Assembly: GCA_000934665.2 (NCBI GenBank)
Contig: KZ538194.1
Location: 62,001 to 111,770, forward strand
Direction of reading: 5' to 3'
Origin: Catajapyx aquilonaris
Lineage: Eukaryota
Length of the DNA stretch: 49,770 nt
The position numbers and the translations under genes were made by a program. The notes under the pieces were generated by a model, which was not told the origin of the DNA, did no database searches, and was given only the letters and a program-made list of their open reading frames with translations. Numbering within the stretch: the stretch's first letter is position 1; each line of letters begins with the position of its first letter. Below, piece by piece: positions 1-12,400 of the stretch.

Positions 1-2469
1 GCAATCGACTTTCCAGTCCAAATCCATTGTGATGAATTTGATTTTGAAGTGATATTTTTTTTCAATAGAAAGAATTTAGCGTAATAATGTGGAACAATTT
101 AAAATAGATGTACCACTGCTTCGTATTGCACCATTGGCACTGTTCTTACCCGGGTTTCCAGCATATACATTGGTACTAAATTTGCACTTCCGTAAGCGAT
201 TGGGAACAGGTCAGATGCACCATCCTTCACCCTGGTTTACATTTAGAAACGGTTCATATAACGTGGACCTCTTTACATCGCAAGGTCCAGTCTTAAATCC
301 AGTTCCTTCTTTGCATCGACTAGCTTGATCGACAAGCAACCAAGGGTTGACACCGATATAAACGCCTAATCACCATAAGTACAAAGAGCGGGTCGTTAGG
401 GATGTAATTAGGTTACTCGAAATGAGATACTCCATCTAGCCTTGATGAGGCTTCCATTTACTGACATTAGTAAATGCGGCGAGTACCCCCAGGTGCTTAT
501 TCTAGTCAGGCGGATCAATCATATTATTCGCAAATTTATATGCAATGTTCAACTTAGTAAACGGCAATTACGGCCATTACACCATTTTCGTTGCAGTCTG
601 GTCGACCTTGTGAGGGACGATGGGTATCATGTTTTTCTTGGCGGCGGGCGTAAAGGAAAAAACCGGAGTTTATCACGTGATTTCCATCATAAAATCGGCT
701 TATTTCACGACCTGACTTGGATTCAGGCTTTGAGGTCGCTGAAAAATTGCGGAGTATATTTAGAGCTCCTTTGAAGTGTGGGGAAGATTCATTTTGATGG
801 CATAAAAATTGGAAGTAAGCAAAATCATGGCTCAAAATTCTACTATTATGCGACCAATTGAATATGCAAATCGCATTGTTCATTATTCGACTGTTGAACA
901 GACATGCTTCACACATCTCATTGTTTTAAATCTGACGCTTAGACACATATCACGGCAACACCGCAATATCGGTAAAGTAATTTGCAGCACAAATAATACC
1001 ACCCTGCAGTATTTTCGATCTAACAAGAAAAATTACGCAACTAGTAGGCGTTGCCAGGAAGTGTGAGTGAAATTGGCTTCAGCTCTTGAATTCAGCGATA
1101 GTTAAGGTGTTGACAGAACCCTTGTCCTTCATGCATTAGCACAGGAGTTGACGATGACTTGTGACATCCTGTCGTCGCGACTTTCCTGGGTTGTCCGGAT
1201 ATGTGAGATTACGCTTAGTCAGTTCCGTTAGTCTTGGGTTTACTGCCTGTTTCTGTCGAGATTATGTCCTATGCTATGCCTTGGCCTTTCAGAAGGTCAC
1301 TGGATCTGTTCCAGTACACAATGCTAACAGCTGAGTTTATTTACCGTTCGCGAAGTTATGGCACAGGGTGTTTCAAAGATGCCATATTAATTGACTGAGG
1401 TCGATGCAATTTTTTTTCAAAGCGCAATATCTGCTGATTATGATCAATTTTGAAGCCGCTAACGTCAGGTTCTAGATAATCACATGTCTTCAAGTCGGGC
1501 AAGGGCAACGTAATAGAAAAATAAAAGATAAAGTAACATCAAGTTGACTTAACTGGACCTTGAAATGATTTGCTCACCAAGTGCAATCCTACCGATCTGT
1601 GAAAACGACTTTGTTTTTTGTTTTTATCTTTATGTTTAGCTTGCGTCATTTCGGCTCGGTACAAAGCGGACTAAAAATATCGTTGCGGATGCTTTCCATC
1701 TCTTGTTAGCGTAGTACATTGTCTTGATGAATCTATTAACGGTTTAACAAGATTAACAAGCAAAAACGGGACCATATTTACCCAGTCTTTGCACGTGTTA
1801 GGAATGATTTTAATTTTTGGGAGGAATATAAGGGCACGGGTCGGTCGTAAATAATTACTAAGCAGTTTGTTCATTGTACTTGAAGCCGGGAAAAATAGTG
1901 TCGTAACCTGTCGGGTGATATATAGTATTGCAGCAATAAAAAAGTGCCTTCGTCTGGAAGTTTTGTGCCAAAAAAAATGGCTCGCAGTTTGTTCATTCTG
2001 ACGGAGTGGAACGTCAGTCTCCGAATGTTTAAAATGGATCACGGAACTGATAAAGTAAACATAAAGGCACGGGTATTTTTTTTGATTTTTTTTTTCGTAG
2101 ATATAAGAAGCGCGACGAAGCAATTTTTGGATTTGTCTGTCAGACTAAACATGGATAATAATATTTCAACGTTGGAAAATAAATTTTGCAGTCCCATCCC
2201 ATGTGATGAGAATGATGTTACTGATTGCCTGGGGGAATCCAATAGCTTGGGAAGACGAATTTATTGTATTGCCTTCAAGGCAGGTAAGGCAGGTGTCGCT
2301 TCAATTTTTATCTGATATCAGCAGGATATGTAGGGTTATCGCTTACGGCTACAGCTCACTCTCACAGCATATGCTACAGTAAACAATACGGTGACCAAGT
2401 AACACTAGAATCGTCCAGCAGTATTGTTGAAGGATTCTTACATTTTTTTTTCTCCAGCTGATTAACTAA

Positions 2470-2616
2470 GGGCCGTTTTCTCGAACAGTGGTTCAAATGT
2501 AAACCCGGTTCAAAGCCGGTTCAAACCCTTGACAACAGCCTAACAACAATCAAATCAGGGATTCAACTGGCTTTGAGCCCGGTTTACATTTGAACCACTG
2601 TTCGAGAAAACGGCCC
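2470..2616. mobile_element. PIF/Harbinger (Tourist-like) MITE, 147 bp
   Basis: Perfect 36-bp terminal inverted repeats GGGCCGTTTTCTCGAACAGTGGTTCAAATGTAAACC, extending to about 62 bp with mismatches, flanked by a TAA target-site duplication (2467-2469 and 2617-2619). TAA/TTA TSDs and GGGCC-type termini are typical of PIF/Harbinger. Confidence 0.85.
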
Positions 2617-3090
2617 TAACTGCAGCATATCTTTTCTGTATGCCTACCAGTAACTGTAGCTGAACAGGTTAGCACAATTGCAACGGAACAAGTGTGGTAC
2701 TCACCGTGAAATTAGAGGAAAGATTTGCTTGTGGTTAGTGGCATTGCTATACTGTAGGGTTGAGCTACAGTGAAGGTGACTATGGTTACTAGCCCGAAAA
2801 GGAGGGTGTAACAATTATTGCAACTACTAGTTCCAGTTTTTATTATCTGGGGCATGGGCAATGTTCCATCGGGACAAGAGTGTATCGTCAAGGGAAAGTA
2901 CTCGCTGTTAATTGAATTACCTGCGCTTGGCTGATAACATTGTTAAGGTGTGATTTGCACACGTTGGGTGTTCCTTCCGGAAATGAATATTACAGCAATT
3001 TGTGTGTGAGCAATAGCCTTGGCCTTTTCAGCCTCCATGGAATGTTTCTTTAATATTTAAAATGTTCAAAAGCGATACCAGGTGGTAATG

Positions 3091-3225
3091 GTGCAGTATA
3101 ATCAAGATGTTAGGGTCGCTAGGGAAACTCTTTGAGGAATGAAAAATGGCAGGGTAGCAGAGCGTGTTTTTAGATCAAGGCCTGAGTATATTAGAAAAGT
3201 TCGGAACTGGATGGGGCGGAAGGGA
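3091..3225 (+). mobile_element. Decayed RTE-like LINE ORF C-terminal fragment
   Basis: With a frameshift it reads ML.(W)LG..(R)MKNGRVAERVFRSRPEYIRKV.R..W, resembling the RTE C-terminal motif LRWLGH..RM...R..KRV...P...R.GRP..RW. Confidence 0.5.
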
Positions 3226-3749
3226 ACTAAAAATAGCAAGTTTTCGTGTCAAAACAACTGGATTGCACATTTTTTCGCGCATGTCGCCATAGTTAATTAC
3301 TTCTAAGCCATCACGTCCTATAAATTTATAGCCGTCTGTAGTCTGAATTTTCCTGAAATTTCTTTATTTCTTATATTGGAGTCGTCCTGTTCCTTCCATT
3401 TAGCTGATGGCTCTAAGCCCACTCTGCCGGCAGTAATTTGCGATCTCCTCATCTCCTCAAGAAGACATTTATTGCAACGTTGGCTATGGTCGCATAAAGG
3501 AGGAATCCAGGATTTGACGCTCGTCAAAGATATTTTTACTTCAAGAAAGAAAAGGTGCCCTGGTATACTTAAGGGACAAGTAAGGTAAATTGGAAGTTAT
3601 TAAAGGCTGCACGAACAGCATTGCTGCAATGCGGTTCTTTACAGGGAACATGGACATGTGTTGGTCAGTTGCGTAAAACACGGACACAAAACAGCGTGCA
3701 CAACTGACTGTGAGTGACATACAGTAGATTGGATTGTTATGTGTGTGTT

Positions 3750-3895
3750 GAAGCAGAATACTGAAAAAGTCGATATCAGAGAAATCAGTCGTGAGGAAGG
3801 GGTCTGGTAATGTAAACTGTGGGGGAGGATTGAGGCAAGGAGGGAGGATCGATAAGGCACCACGTGGACAGACCAGGAAACGCAGGAAACTTCTG
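3750..3895 (+). mobile_element. Possible second decayed RTE-like LINE 3' fragment
   Basis: Reads TEKVDIREISR....W...RRE followed by a PRG..RKR-like motif. Highly degenerate. Confidence 0.3.
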
Positions 3896-4184
3896 GTACA
3901 GCCTGCAAACTGCAGATTATCGACGTAATCCCAGAGATGAAGTTTGGAAAAAAATATATGAGGATCCATCAAACCGCCATGTTCCCAAGAGCATGTACAG
4001 TACTTTCTGAATAATAAAAATCCAGTGCATCTGGTTTTTGAGTGGAAAGGGCGCGGTGATCCGCTGAGATCCCCGCGTATGTAGCGCCCCCATTAAAAAT
4101 GGCGGCGGTGTCCCAAGGCCACCGTTGCCGTATTGAGGTCACGTTTGACCGTAAGTTGGACCGTAGAGGTAAAGAGTGACTTAC

Positions 4185-4650
4185 CGCCAAGAATGTGGCC
4201 GTTGGCATGCCCTCTCCTCCCCGCCTGAGGAGGGGTTGCCAAAGCCCGTGGTGATTAGTCCAGAAGGTAGCCACTGCCATCACCTCCTAGACATGTCGCA
4301 GTGCGGAGGGTGGAGGGCGTCCCGACCATGTCACATCGTGCTCCGTCGCCAGCCGTGGCTGCTCCTGGTGGACCCTCCGCCTGCCCTCCATTGCCTCCGC
4401 GGGTCAAATCCCGACGAACGTGTCGATATTACGGGGAGGGTTGGAAGGGAAGGCAAAAGGGCCGCCGTCACCACGCATGCCCTGGCACAACTTTGCACCC
4501 TACCCCGCCTGCACACGATGTGTCGTGCGGTGGTTGTCGAGGGCTGTTGCCATGCGGAATTGGAGAGGAGTATTGTCTGACCATGATCGGTTCCTCGTGT
4601 CGATTATATATGGCATTTGTTGGCGACTGACGAATATTGGTGGCTCTTGG
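4185..4650 (-). other. Candidate first exon (GC-rich 5' UTR and short coding start) of an unidentified leftward gene
   Basis: GC-rich island like the lectin exon-1 region. It ends at a consensus minus-strand donor TTGGCG|GTAAGT (4185/4184), with in-frame ATGs giving MAVATFW..GEGMPTATFLA. No downstream exon identified, and the 5' boundary is approximate. Confidence 0.35.
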
Positions 4651-4690
4651 TGACATCGCCAGTATAAGAACATTATTTTGACAAGAGAAG

Positions 4691-4784
4691 AATTTTTTTA
4701 CTAAATAATTTTATTTTCCAATATCTCAGTGGCCTTTATGGCCACTGAGATATTGGAAAATAAAATGATTTAGTAAAAAAAATT
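4691..4784. repeat. Near-perfect AT-rich palindrome with about 44-bp arms and a 5-nt loop
   Basis: AATTTTTTTACTAAATAATTTTATTTTCCAATATCTCAGTGGCC-tttat-GGCCACTGAGATATTGGAAAATAAAATGATTTAGTAAAAAAAATT, with one mismatch and one homopolymer indel. Confidence 0.95.
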
Positions 4785-5749
4785 ATATTAACCTGCAGGG
4801 TAACATCACTGGTACTGGATGATAATTTTGTGAGGTACCTGGCACAATGATAAGGCCCATCTTAACGAGAAGTCAATTTATCTTACCTATAATTAGCCAA
4901 ATACTGGATTGTGGTCACAAGTTAAAATCTTAGCCATTCACACTGTATATATGTTTCATTGATTTTCTAGAAAACCTTCCTGAATTATTATTATCTCCAA
5001 ACACTGGTGGACTGAAGTACTGAGTGTAATACTTACAAACAGTAATTTACGTCGTACGACCGTAAACCCACATAATTGACAAGTTTATTCTCAGTGATTT
5101 TGGCAATGTCCACATATCACGAATAATGGTATTTTATCACAATCTTGAGGCACAATTGCAACATTGAAGATCGACAACAGATGGAGGACTTGTTATCCTT
5201 GTTAGTGTTATTTTTTGCCGACAATCAATACCAATGATAAATATTCCGTCAACAGCTTATCATCTCAAGTGGTGCAACCACACCTAAAATCATTATTCAA
5301 AATGGATAATAGGATGTCTTGTTAGTCATAAGTAAGATTGCTATCTTCTTTTTCTTCTGTGATTTGTCATTTCACTGCTTCAATTACTATTTATTAACTC
5401 TTAATTTGTAGTCAGCATTAGTAGATATAATTTGTAGCTGGTTTTGTTTAACTACGGGTAAGCAGTTACGTCTATATCCTGGCAAGGTATGCCTATTCCT
5501 CCCGGCTCCCTGTGACCTTGCCTTTTAGTTCAAAATTGTGTCACCTTGCCATATTTATTCAAACTGCAATGTCGTACCACTAGTGGGCGGTTTCCGAGAA
5601 AGTGGAAGTGTCGTATATAGGTTCTCTCCACGAAAATGAAAATATAGTACACGATACTGTATTACATAATGTCAGCGACGAGGCTCCAAAGACCAATCGT
5701 GGGAGTACATTAGAAACACATTAAGTCCAAAACCCCATAGATTCGAACA

Positions 5750-6090
5750 ATGTCCGCAGATGGATTTCTCCTGTAGAACATACCGTGCGGTTTGTGACTT
5801 AGTGAATACAGAAAATCCTGTCTAGAAGACTCATTAACTGTTTTAGGACTAATGGACTTTACCAGGCAATAGAGCTTTAATAATGCGACTTGGTGTTCAG
5901 AACTCAGAACCACCAAAATCGGACTTGGGTTTCTCTTGTATGTCCACGACATGCACCTGTGTGTATAGAGTGATCCCCCTTCGCACACGAGCTCACTCTA
6001 GTCTAGAACATTCTCGGAATTACTACGAAATACCTTGTCTGCTGGTTAATCCTCCCTGACTTGCGGGCCAGGAGAGTGCTGTCCAGCGCA
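5750..6090 (+). mobile_element. Decayed non-LTR (CR1/L2/Jockey-group) reverse transcriptase fragment
   Basis: Frameshifted remnants in the expected order: A(F)DLVN..ILSRRL (KAFDxVxHxILLxKL), NRALIMRLG..NSEP, FLLYVHDM (FLLYINDL) and FAHE (FADD). Confidence 0.5.
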
Positions 6091-7587
6091 AGATATCCGG
6101 GTCTAACTCATTACTTACACAGGTAAACTCTAAATGTGTACCCAAAGGCTTAATATGTGTTAACCTCCTAATCTTCAGATTCTATAGCGTATGTTTGAGC
6201 TTGATACGATGAACTATGTTGAGATTCTATACTAGACTGGCTGCACCGGTCTATATTTGTCCTTTATGGATTATTAACTACGGTACTGTAATTGTGCGTG
6301 AAGTGTACAGAATTGAGCTTGATATTGACTGCCACCTCTCATTTGCTATTCAGAGTGAAGCAATATAGGAAGGAGCAAAAGTTCATTCCCTCTTGGTATA
6401 GACAGTTCATTGCACTGTACTAGCCAGTACTGTACTAGCCGAGTAAGACAAAAGATAGTAAGGAAATGTCCGGGTTGGGCTACATTATACAGGGTAGAGT
6501 GCACTGCCCTAGTCGACACTCCAGCAATTGTGGAAAGTGAAAAGTTAAGGTTTCTGTTTAATTTTAATTTAATTTAAAGAGAAACAACAGTCACGACAAG
6601 TGGTTATGACCTATCCGATGCAGTTTCTCAGACTGGGCCCATACTTTTGAAAACAATATTCACAGAATGACACAGACTGTACGGTGTGATAGGGAGTACT
6701 TGAACTGGGACAACGATTGAAAATAGCATCATAAACAGCAGTAATCCTTGCATGTTCCGTATCACAATAACCTTTGAGAGTCTGACCCACAATCAGCTTG
6801 TGTACTGTTTGTCCCTGTTCGCTAACAGTTAAATGAAATGTAATAAAGTTTCATTAGATTGAGAAGTAAAATTATGAGCTGGCAGGATTAGGTATGGGGG
6901 GATTGCTTCAGCGCTTTTAAAACAAATATTAGAGCTCTTGATCTTCTGTGCATAATCATGAACTTTATATGTCTCGTGTTTACACTAGATTTTCTATGAT
7001 AAAAGCTATAATAAAAGAGTGAATGCACTAATCTTTTCAACTCTTACTCCGAATATGTGTACAATATTTCGTACTGAAATTTTCAGACTGCCCTATAGTG
7101 AGGAGGTTACATGTTTACAATCCTGGATTTCGCAAACATTGACCCCCCTCCTCAGCTGCTAATATCCGTTTAATTAATTGACTAATCCTTGAAACTGTGA
7201 ACTACGCGTATGAAACTTTGTCACATAATTTTTCTTATGTCATTTTATCTGATTATTTGATTCTGACTAGCATTCAGAGGTCAATCATGGATTATTTGAT
7301 TGGGAGTATCCCGGCAACTAATGACCTCTGCCAGTCAGAAATGATTAATCGACCATTTCTTATTCACGATAGTTCAGGAAATAATTAACTCTCCTTTTTT
7401 ACCAAGGGCTACATTCATGATAGTTTGATGTTGACTAGCGCGAGAATCTCAGTTAATTCCCCTTTTATGTATACGTGTTTGGGTGCAAACACCAAGCACT
7501 TCACATTGTGTGCTCTTCCTTTGATGGCTCGTCCCAGCTCTTTTGGGGACAGGCTTTGCGGTTACCGTTCGGGGGCAACCACCGCAG

Positions 7588-7615
7588 GTGACTATGGAAA
7601 CCATTCAGTGTTGAC
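7588..7615 (+). promoter_or_regulatory. RFX X-box (GTGACTATGGAAAC, 7588-7601), TCAGT initiator-like motif (7605-7609) and forkhead site (TGTTGAC, 7609-7615) upstream of MDH1B
   Basis: The 14-mer fits the X-box consensus GTNRCY-N2-GGHAAC and ends 20 nt before the ATG. TGTTGAC is the reverse complement of GTCAACA (RYMAAYA). Extra RFX half-sites GTTACC and GGCAAC lie at 7561-7579. Confidence 0.6.
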
Positions 7616-7621
7616 TCAAAA

Positions 7622-9436
7622 ATGGCCAGGTTTGTGATAGCCGGTGCTGCGAACTGTCCCTTGTACGCCCAGACAGAAGCCGTCGCGAATCACCTGAGCA
7701 CGAATCTGCCCAACTTTCATGTGCACAAGATAGTCAAAGATGTTTGGCAGTGGCAAGTAAGTTCACAAGTTGACAAAAACCGTTCGGCACAATGACTAAT
7801 TAACCGGATCTAACCCGCATAGCCTTGGTTGAAGAACGTATGTAAGGAAAACGGATGGAAACACGAGAAGTCACCGTTGGTCTGGAGGGAGATTGTCAAC
7901 CGAGGTGGAAAAGGACAGTACATCGGTGGTTCCAGAGAGTTCATGGAGTACGTCCACGAATATTATGGCTTCCAGAAAATTATGCCCACTCCAAAGCTTC
8001 GACTAATTGCTGCCGAAAATGTGAAGGTAAAATAATTGATGGCTATACTTAAGTAACACCATCATGTATAATGCTCTGTGTACAACGCAGGCTGTGCAAC
8101 AAGAGGAAGAACAAGCCGCTGCAGAAGCAATGAAGCAAAACCCAGATCATTTCTGTATCACTGAAGGCGGTTCACCAGTGACCTACCATTTGGTACCGGA
8201 GTTGCTGAGGAGACACGAACTCTTTTCTCCAGATGGGGTGGCCCTACACGTACACCCAAATATGGTGAACAAAGCAAGCGAGATGGGGATTGTTGGAATC
8301 GCCATGGAGGCACAAGACTTGGCCTTCCAGTCGATGAGGGACTACATGATAGCCCGGAGGATCGAGGAGTGCTTCCAGGGCTGTTCCCTGGTCTTCATCC
8401 TTGATGACTTGACCCAGAGGATGGATGAGAAGGAGAAGGGGTGGATGAGGCGGGTGGACCATGTGATGAGGACATATGGAAGTGCCATCAAGAACTATGC
8501 CAAGCCCAAATGCAGGGTGATCATGGCTGGAGAAGGACCCATGTGTTTTGCGGCCAAGTCCCTCATATTTTATGCCGATACTGCTCTGGAAAAGGGAAAT
8601 GTGGTTGTTGTCACCGGGTCAGTCTTACAGAACGTAGCCTGCAACATTGTGGCTGAGAAGTTTAAAGTGCATCCAACTGACGTTAAGGAAGTGTATGTGT
8701 GGGGAGTAGAAGGCCGGTACCGAATTGACTTGCACCACACTCGCCTGAGTCACACTCAAGGTGCTGTTATCGGACCCAACGGATATTCCCGGCCGTTGGA
8801 AGAGTTTCTGGTTGAGTCTGATTGGCCGGAAACTGTGTCCGAATTAGTGGAAAAGAGAATGGTTCGTCGCACCCTTTTTTAGTACAAAGCAACAACACAT
8901 TCCGAGCAATGACACATTCTATTTCAGGCCGCGAAAGCTGAAATCCGGAGCGATTTAGGTGCCATGACAAAGATGGCTGCCATCATCCGTGTGCTGGAGA
9001 TGTGGTATGGGCCTCCACCTGGGCCCGACTCACCAAAAGTGGACATTTCCCTTGGGATTTGTGCCGATGGTGACGTGCTGTTTTTATTTTGCTATTGGCG
9101 CTAGTCTTTGGCCAGCATTCAATTATTGCGCCGTTACCGACAGGCACTTTCGACATCCCGGAGGGCTGGTTCGTGATACAACCGACGGCGCTGCGGGACG
9201 GGAAATTCGTGCCGAACAGCGAAGTGGAGCTCTCTGACGACAGCAAGAAGAACCTGGGGGTGTTCCTGGAGAACATTGGAGGGACTATGAGGGAGTTCCT
9301 GGAGGAGACCATCGACCAGCTGCTGGAAGTGCTCAGTGTCACCACGCGCTCTTTCGACGTCATGGAAATTGACGACATAACTGACGGCGATCAAATTCAG
9401 ACGGAACTGCATGCGATGAGGTCATCGCCTTTTTAG
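7622..9436 (+). CDS. MDH1B: Malate dehydrogenase 1B-like protein (putative MDH1B orthologue), 514 aa; join(7622..7756,7823..8026,8091..8861,8928..9069,9144..9436)
   Basis: Spliced by hand using four GT..AG introns (66, 64, 66, 74 bp; phases 0,0,0,1), giving 1545 nt, i.e. 514 aa plus stop. The N-terminus MARFVIAGAANCPLYAQTEAVANHLSTNLPNFHVHKI..WLKNVCKENGWKHEKSPLVWREIVNRGGKGQYIGG..EF matches my recollection of vertebrate MDH1B ([67 protein letters not shown]). MEAQDLA, FILDD, KEVYVWG, GAVIGPNGYSRPL, WYGPPPG..ISLGICADGTFDIPEG also align to the MDH1B MDH-fold region. Confidence 0.93.
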
Positions 9437-12400
9437 ATGGCGCAAACTGAGAGTGATTTATCCTACACTGCAGTGTAAACCAGGGCTATTTGACTAATAC
9501 GTAAAATTAATATATATTGTTATTTTTAAATTGTGCAGATGCAATGAATATGAATCTAAATGTACAGTCACAATGAAAGATGGGTCACAATTAGCATGCT
9601 GCATTTTACCGTCCAAGAGTCCGTCAACGTCGGTTCCAATGCAACTCTTGTCCACAGAAACTAGAAAGTAATTAGGATGTGGGCACAGTATACGATCGAT
9701 TGCCAACTTGCGCGAATAACCCGTTCGAAAAAATGGACGGAAAATTTAAAGAATTTCTTGATATATTAATTTATTATGCACGAGTTACCCAAAAGTTTGC
9801 TTCGCAGTGAAATTTTTCGTGTATAGGTATACTACAGTAATACTGTTTGCTCTATCCATATGTAATCTAAGTTTGGAAGTTTGAAATTTGGAATTACGTA
9901 TAAACTTCAATAATTTATTGGAGATTTTATTTTTGTTTGCTAAAAACTTATAGCACATAATTATGCTCTATAACCATAACACAATACACACATTCCCCTC
10001 TTATAGGGATTAACATTAATTTTACTGCACCATCGTGAAAAGAGTGACGTGATTGGGAGCCTATCCAGAGTAAAGTAAAATAATGTGTGGTCAACTGATG
10101 CAGTTACCGCCACGTTTGCTCCCGATTTTTTATTTTCTGCATTGTTAAACCACAAAACAATCATTAGCCTACTCTTATTGCACCACTGCCCTCGTATACC
10201 TTATGCTACCAACCCACGAATTTACAATGTGCAAAAGATATAGGATGTTGACCTCGTATGTAGCCTTTATTTTTATTATATTTTACCGTTACTTTTTATT
10301 TCCCCCTGACGTATACAGTATTAAGAATCTGATATTCTCAGACAATAACTTGAGGTTATTAATGTACCCGCGTCCTAGTGCAACCGGCAGTTTCACGTCG
10401 CCGCATACATGCCCACGATATATCTTATCCAGCATAATGACCAAGACGTAACTCCCAAGATTAATCATCGCAAGTGAGGGAACTGACCCGTAATTAATCT
10501 TGTAGCTAGCTGTTCGTGAGGCCTCTCCTGGACCTTGGTGCATAGGCCTATCACTGCAGCCCCACTCTGTTATTATGCGCAACCAAAAGCCTCCCCCAGC
10601 ATCTCCCTGATCTGAACAGTGAACCTCCACGAAGTAGCTGAATCAAGAACGATTACTCTGCATAATAACCCAGGCTGTATGTGAAGGAGCTCTCCATCTA
10701 AAGGGCGGTGCTGTATCCCTGTGAGTTCCTCAAGTTCCATAGGGCCCAGGAACAGTACAGAGTCTGGGCCTCCCTTTGAGAGCCCAGAGGCAAACTATTT
10801 AGACATCTCGATGGACAGATGAAACTTCTAGTTAGGATGATGGGGGAGTTGAAAATTAGCTTACACTTGGTAATTGAGACGCCTAATCGAGACTGGATGT
10901 AGGGCTGCTGCCATTGGGTATGACGTACGTACATATAGTGAGTTGATGGTGTTGTGCTGTATAAATAAATGGTGGGGCTGGCGTGGGCTTGAGCGAAGGG
11001 AAGGTTTCGTTGTTAATTAATGACATACGTACCATTGACTATTTATGTTTCCGGGTGAAATGTTGCAGTGAGGGAGGAACAGTTTCGAGTTTCTGGATTC
11101 ACTTGAGTATGCATGGTTCAACAGAATTGCTCGGTTTGTTATTTACATGCCAATGTGCAGAATGGTGAGGTATCTCTAGTACAATAAACCTATGCGTGCT
11201 TTATCGTAATATATTTATACTTTTGCACATACTGTACTGATCAAAGTTTCGCTTGGAATGCTGCGTAAAGGGGAATTGTAAAATAAAAAGGGTTACAGTT
11301 TCTTTGTTACTGTATGGCCCCTTGAGATGGAGAAAGGGACCTGCATTTCGTAGTAAAGAGTGGTCCATTTTGCTGGCTGTTAATGACTCACCCGGCTGCC
11401 GCTTATTCAAGGCACTCTCATTCATCGTTAAAAATAATTAAGTGGGACGTAAAGCTTGTCCTGCAGATATGGACACACCTAAATGGCGGAAATGTAGCCT
11501 ATGCCAGAGTATTTCATACACTTCCACTACCATTCATTAATTATGCCGCTGACATTTAGGTTACAGTGCAGGACGTATACGGATATATACGATATGTCTC
11601 GTGCAACTGGCTATAGAAAGCCAGTAAGCATGCAGTACTATATACGCATACCACGTTTTTGCCATAGAGTTATTATTGTCAAAAACTGTATTAAAATTCA
11701 GTGGTTCAGTGTGAGTGAAAGGCATGAAGGTGGACTTCGACATGAACATGCCTTCATATGAATAGTCATTAACACATCATCATATCAGCTTTTGCACGCT
11801 CGAATGGAAATCTATGTGTACTGTATAAAGCAGAGAGTTTGTGTGTATATATACGTTTAGAAATTCAGCTAACCAACGTTCAGACTACCTAGAATGCTGA
11901 AAATTAATATCTGATAACTTATCTGATTAGCTGAATAGCAGTAAAAAAGTCACAAAGCAATTTTTAGAGATTCGGGCAGTTGAAATTATTCAATAAATAA
12001 ATCGTTTCTTCATCATGAGTGATGTCATGGACACCTTAATTTTTTAATGGAAACTTCGAACTGTTTTGAACGTTGACGTCTGACTGCACCTTTCTGATTG
12101 CTTTGCCTTCCCTTATGAGACAGGATCGATTAAAAAAGTTTTGACATGAAAACGGACGTCATCCACCAAGATGAATTGCTATCTCTTGCTAACAATACAT
12201 TAAATTTTATTGCATGCTATTTTAATCGAGTTGGACGCTACAGCTTCCAGGAAATATTCCCGGATACATGAAAGCGACAGTCATTATCACGACTATTCCC
12301 TGAAATGTCCAATCATTTCCTCTCCCTCATGCGCAATAGATACAACCTTCATTGCGACCAGAAGCGCAATACAATGTTAGCAGAGAGCACACAATGTTTG

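Noticed and set aside
8064..8882. 272-aa ORF as a stand-alone gene
   Set aside because: It is MDH1B exon 3 with read-through into the flanking introns. The minus-strand ORFs at 8244-9412 are antisense shadows.
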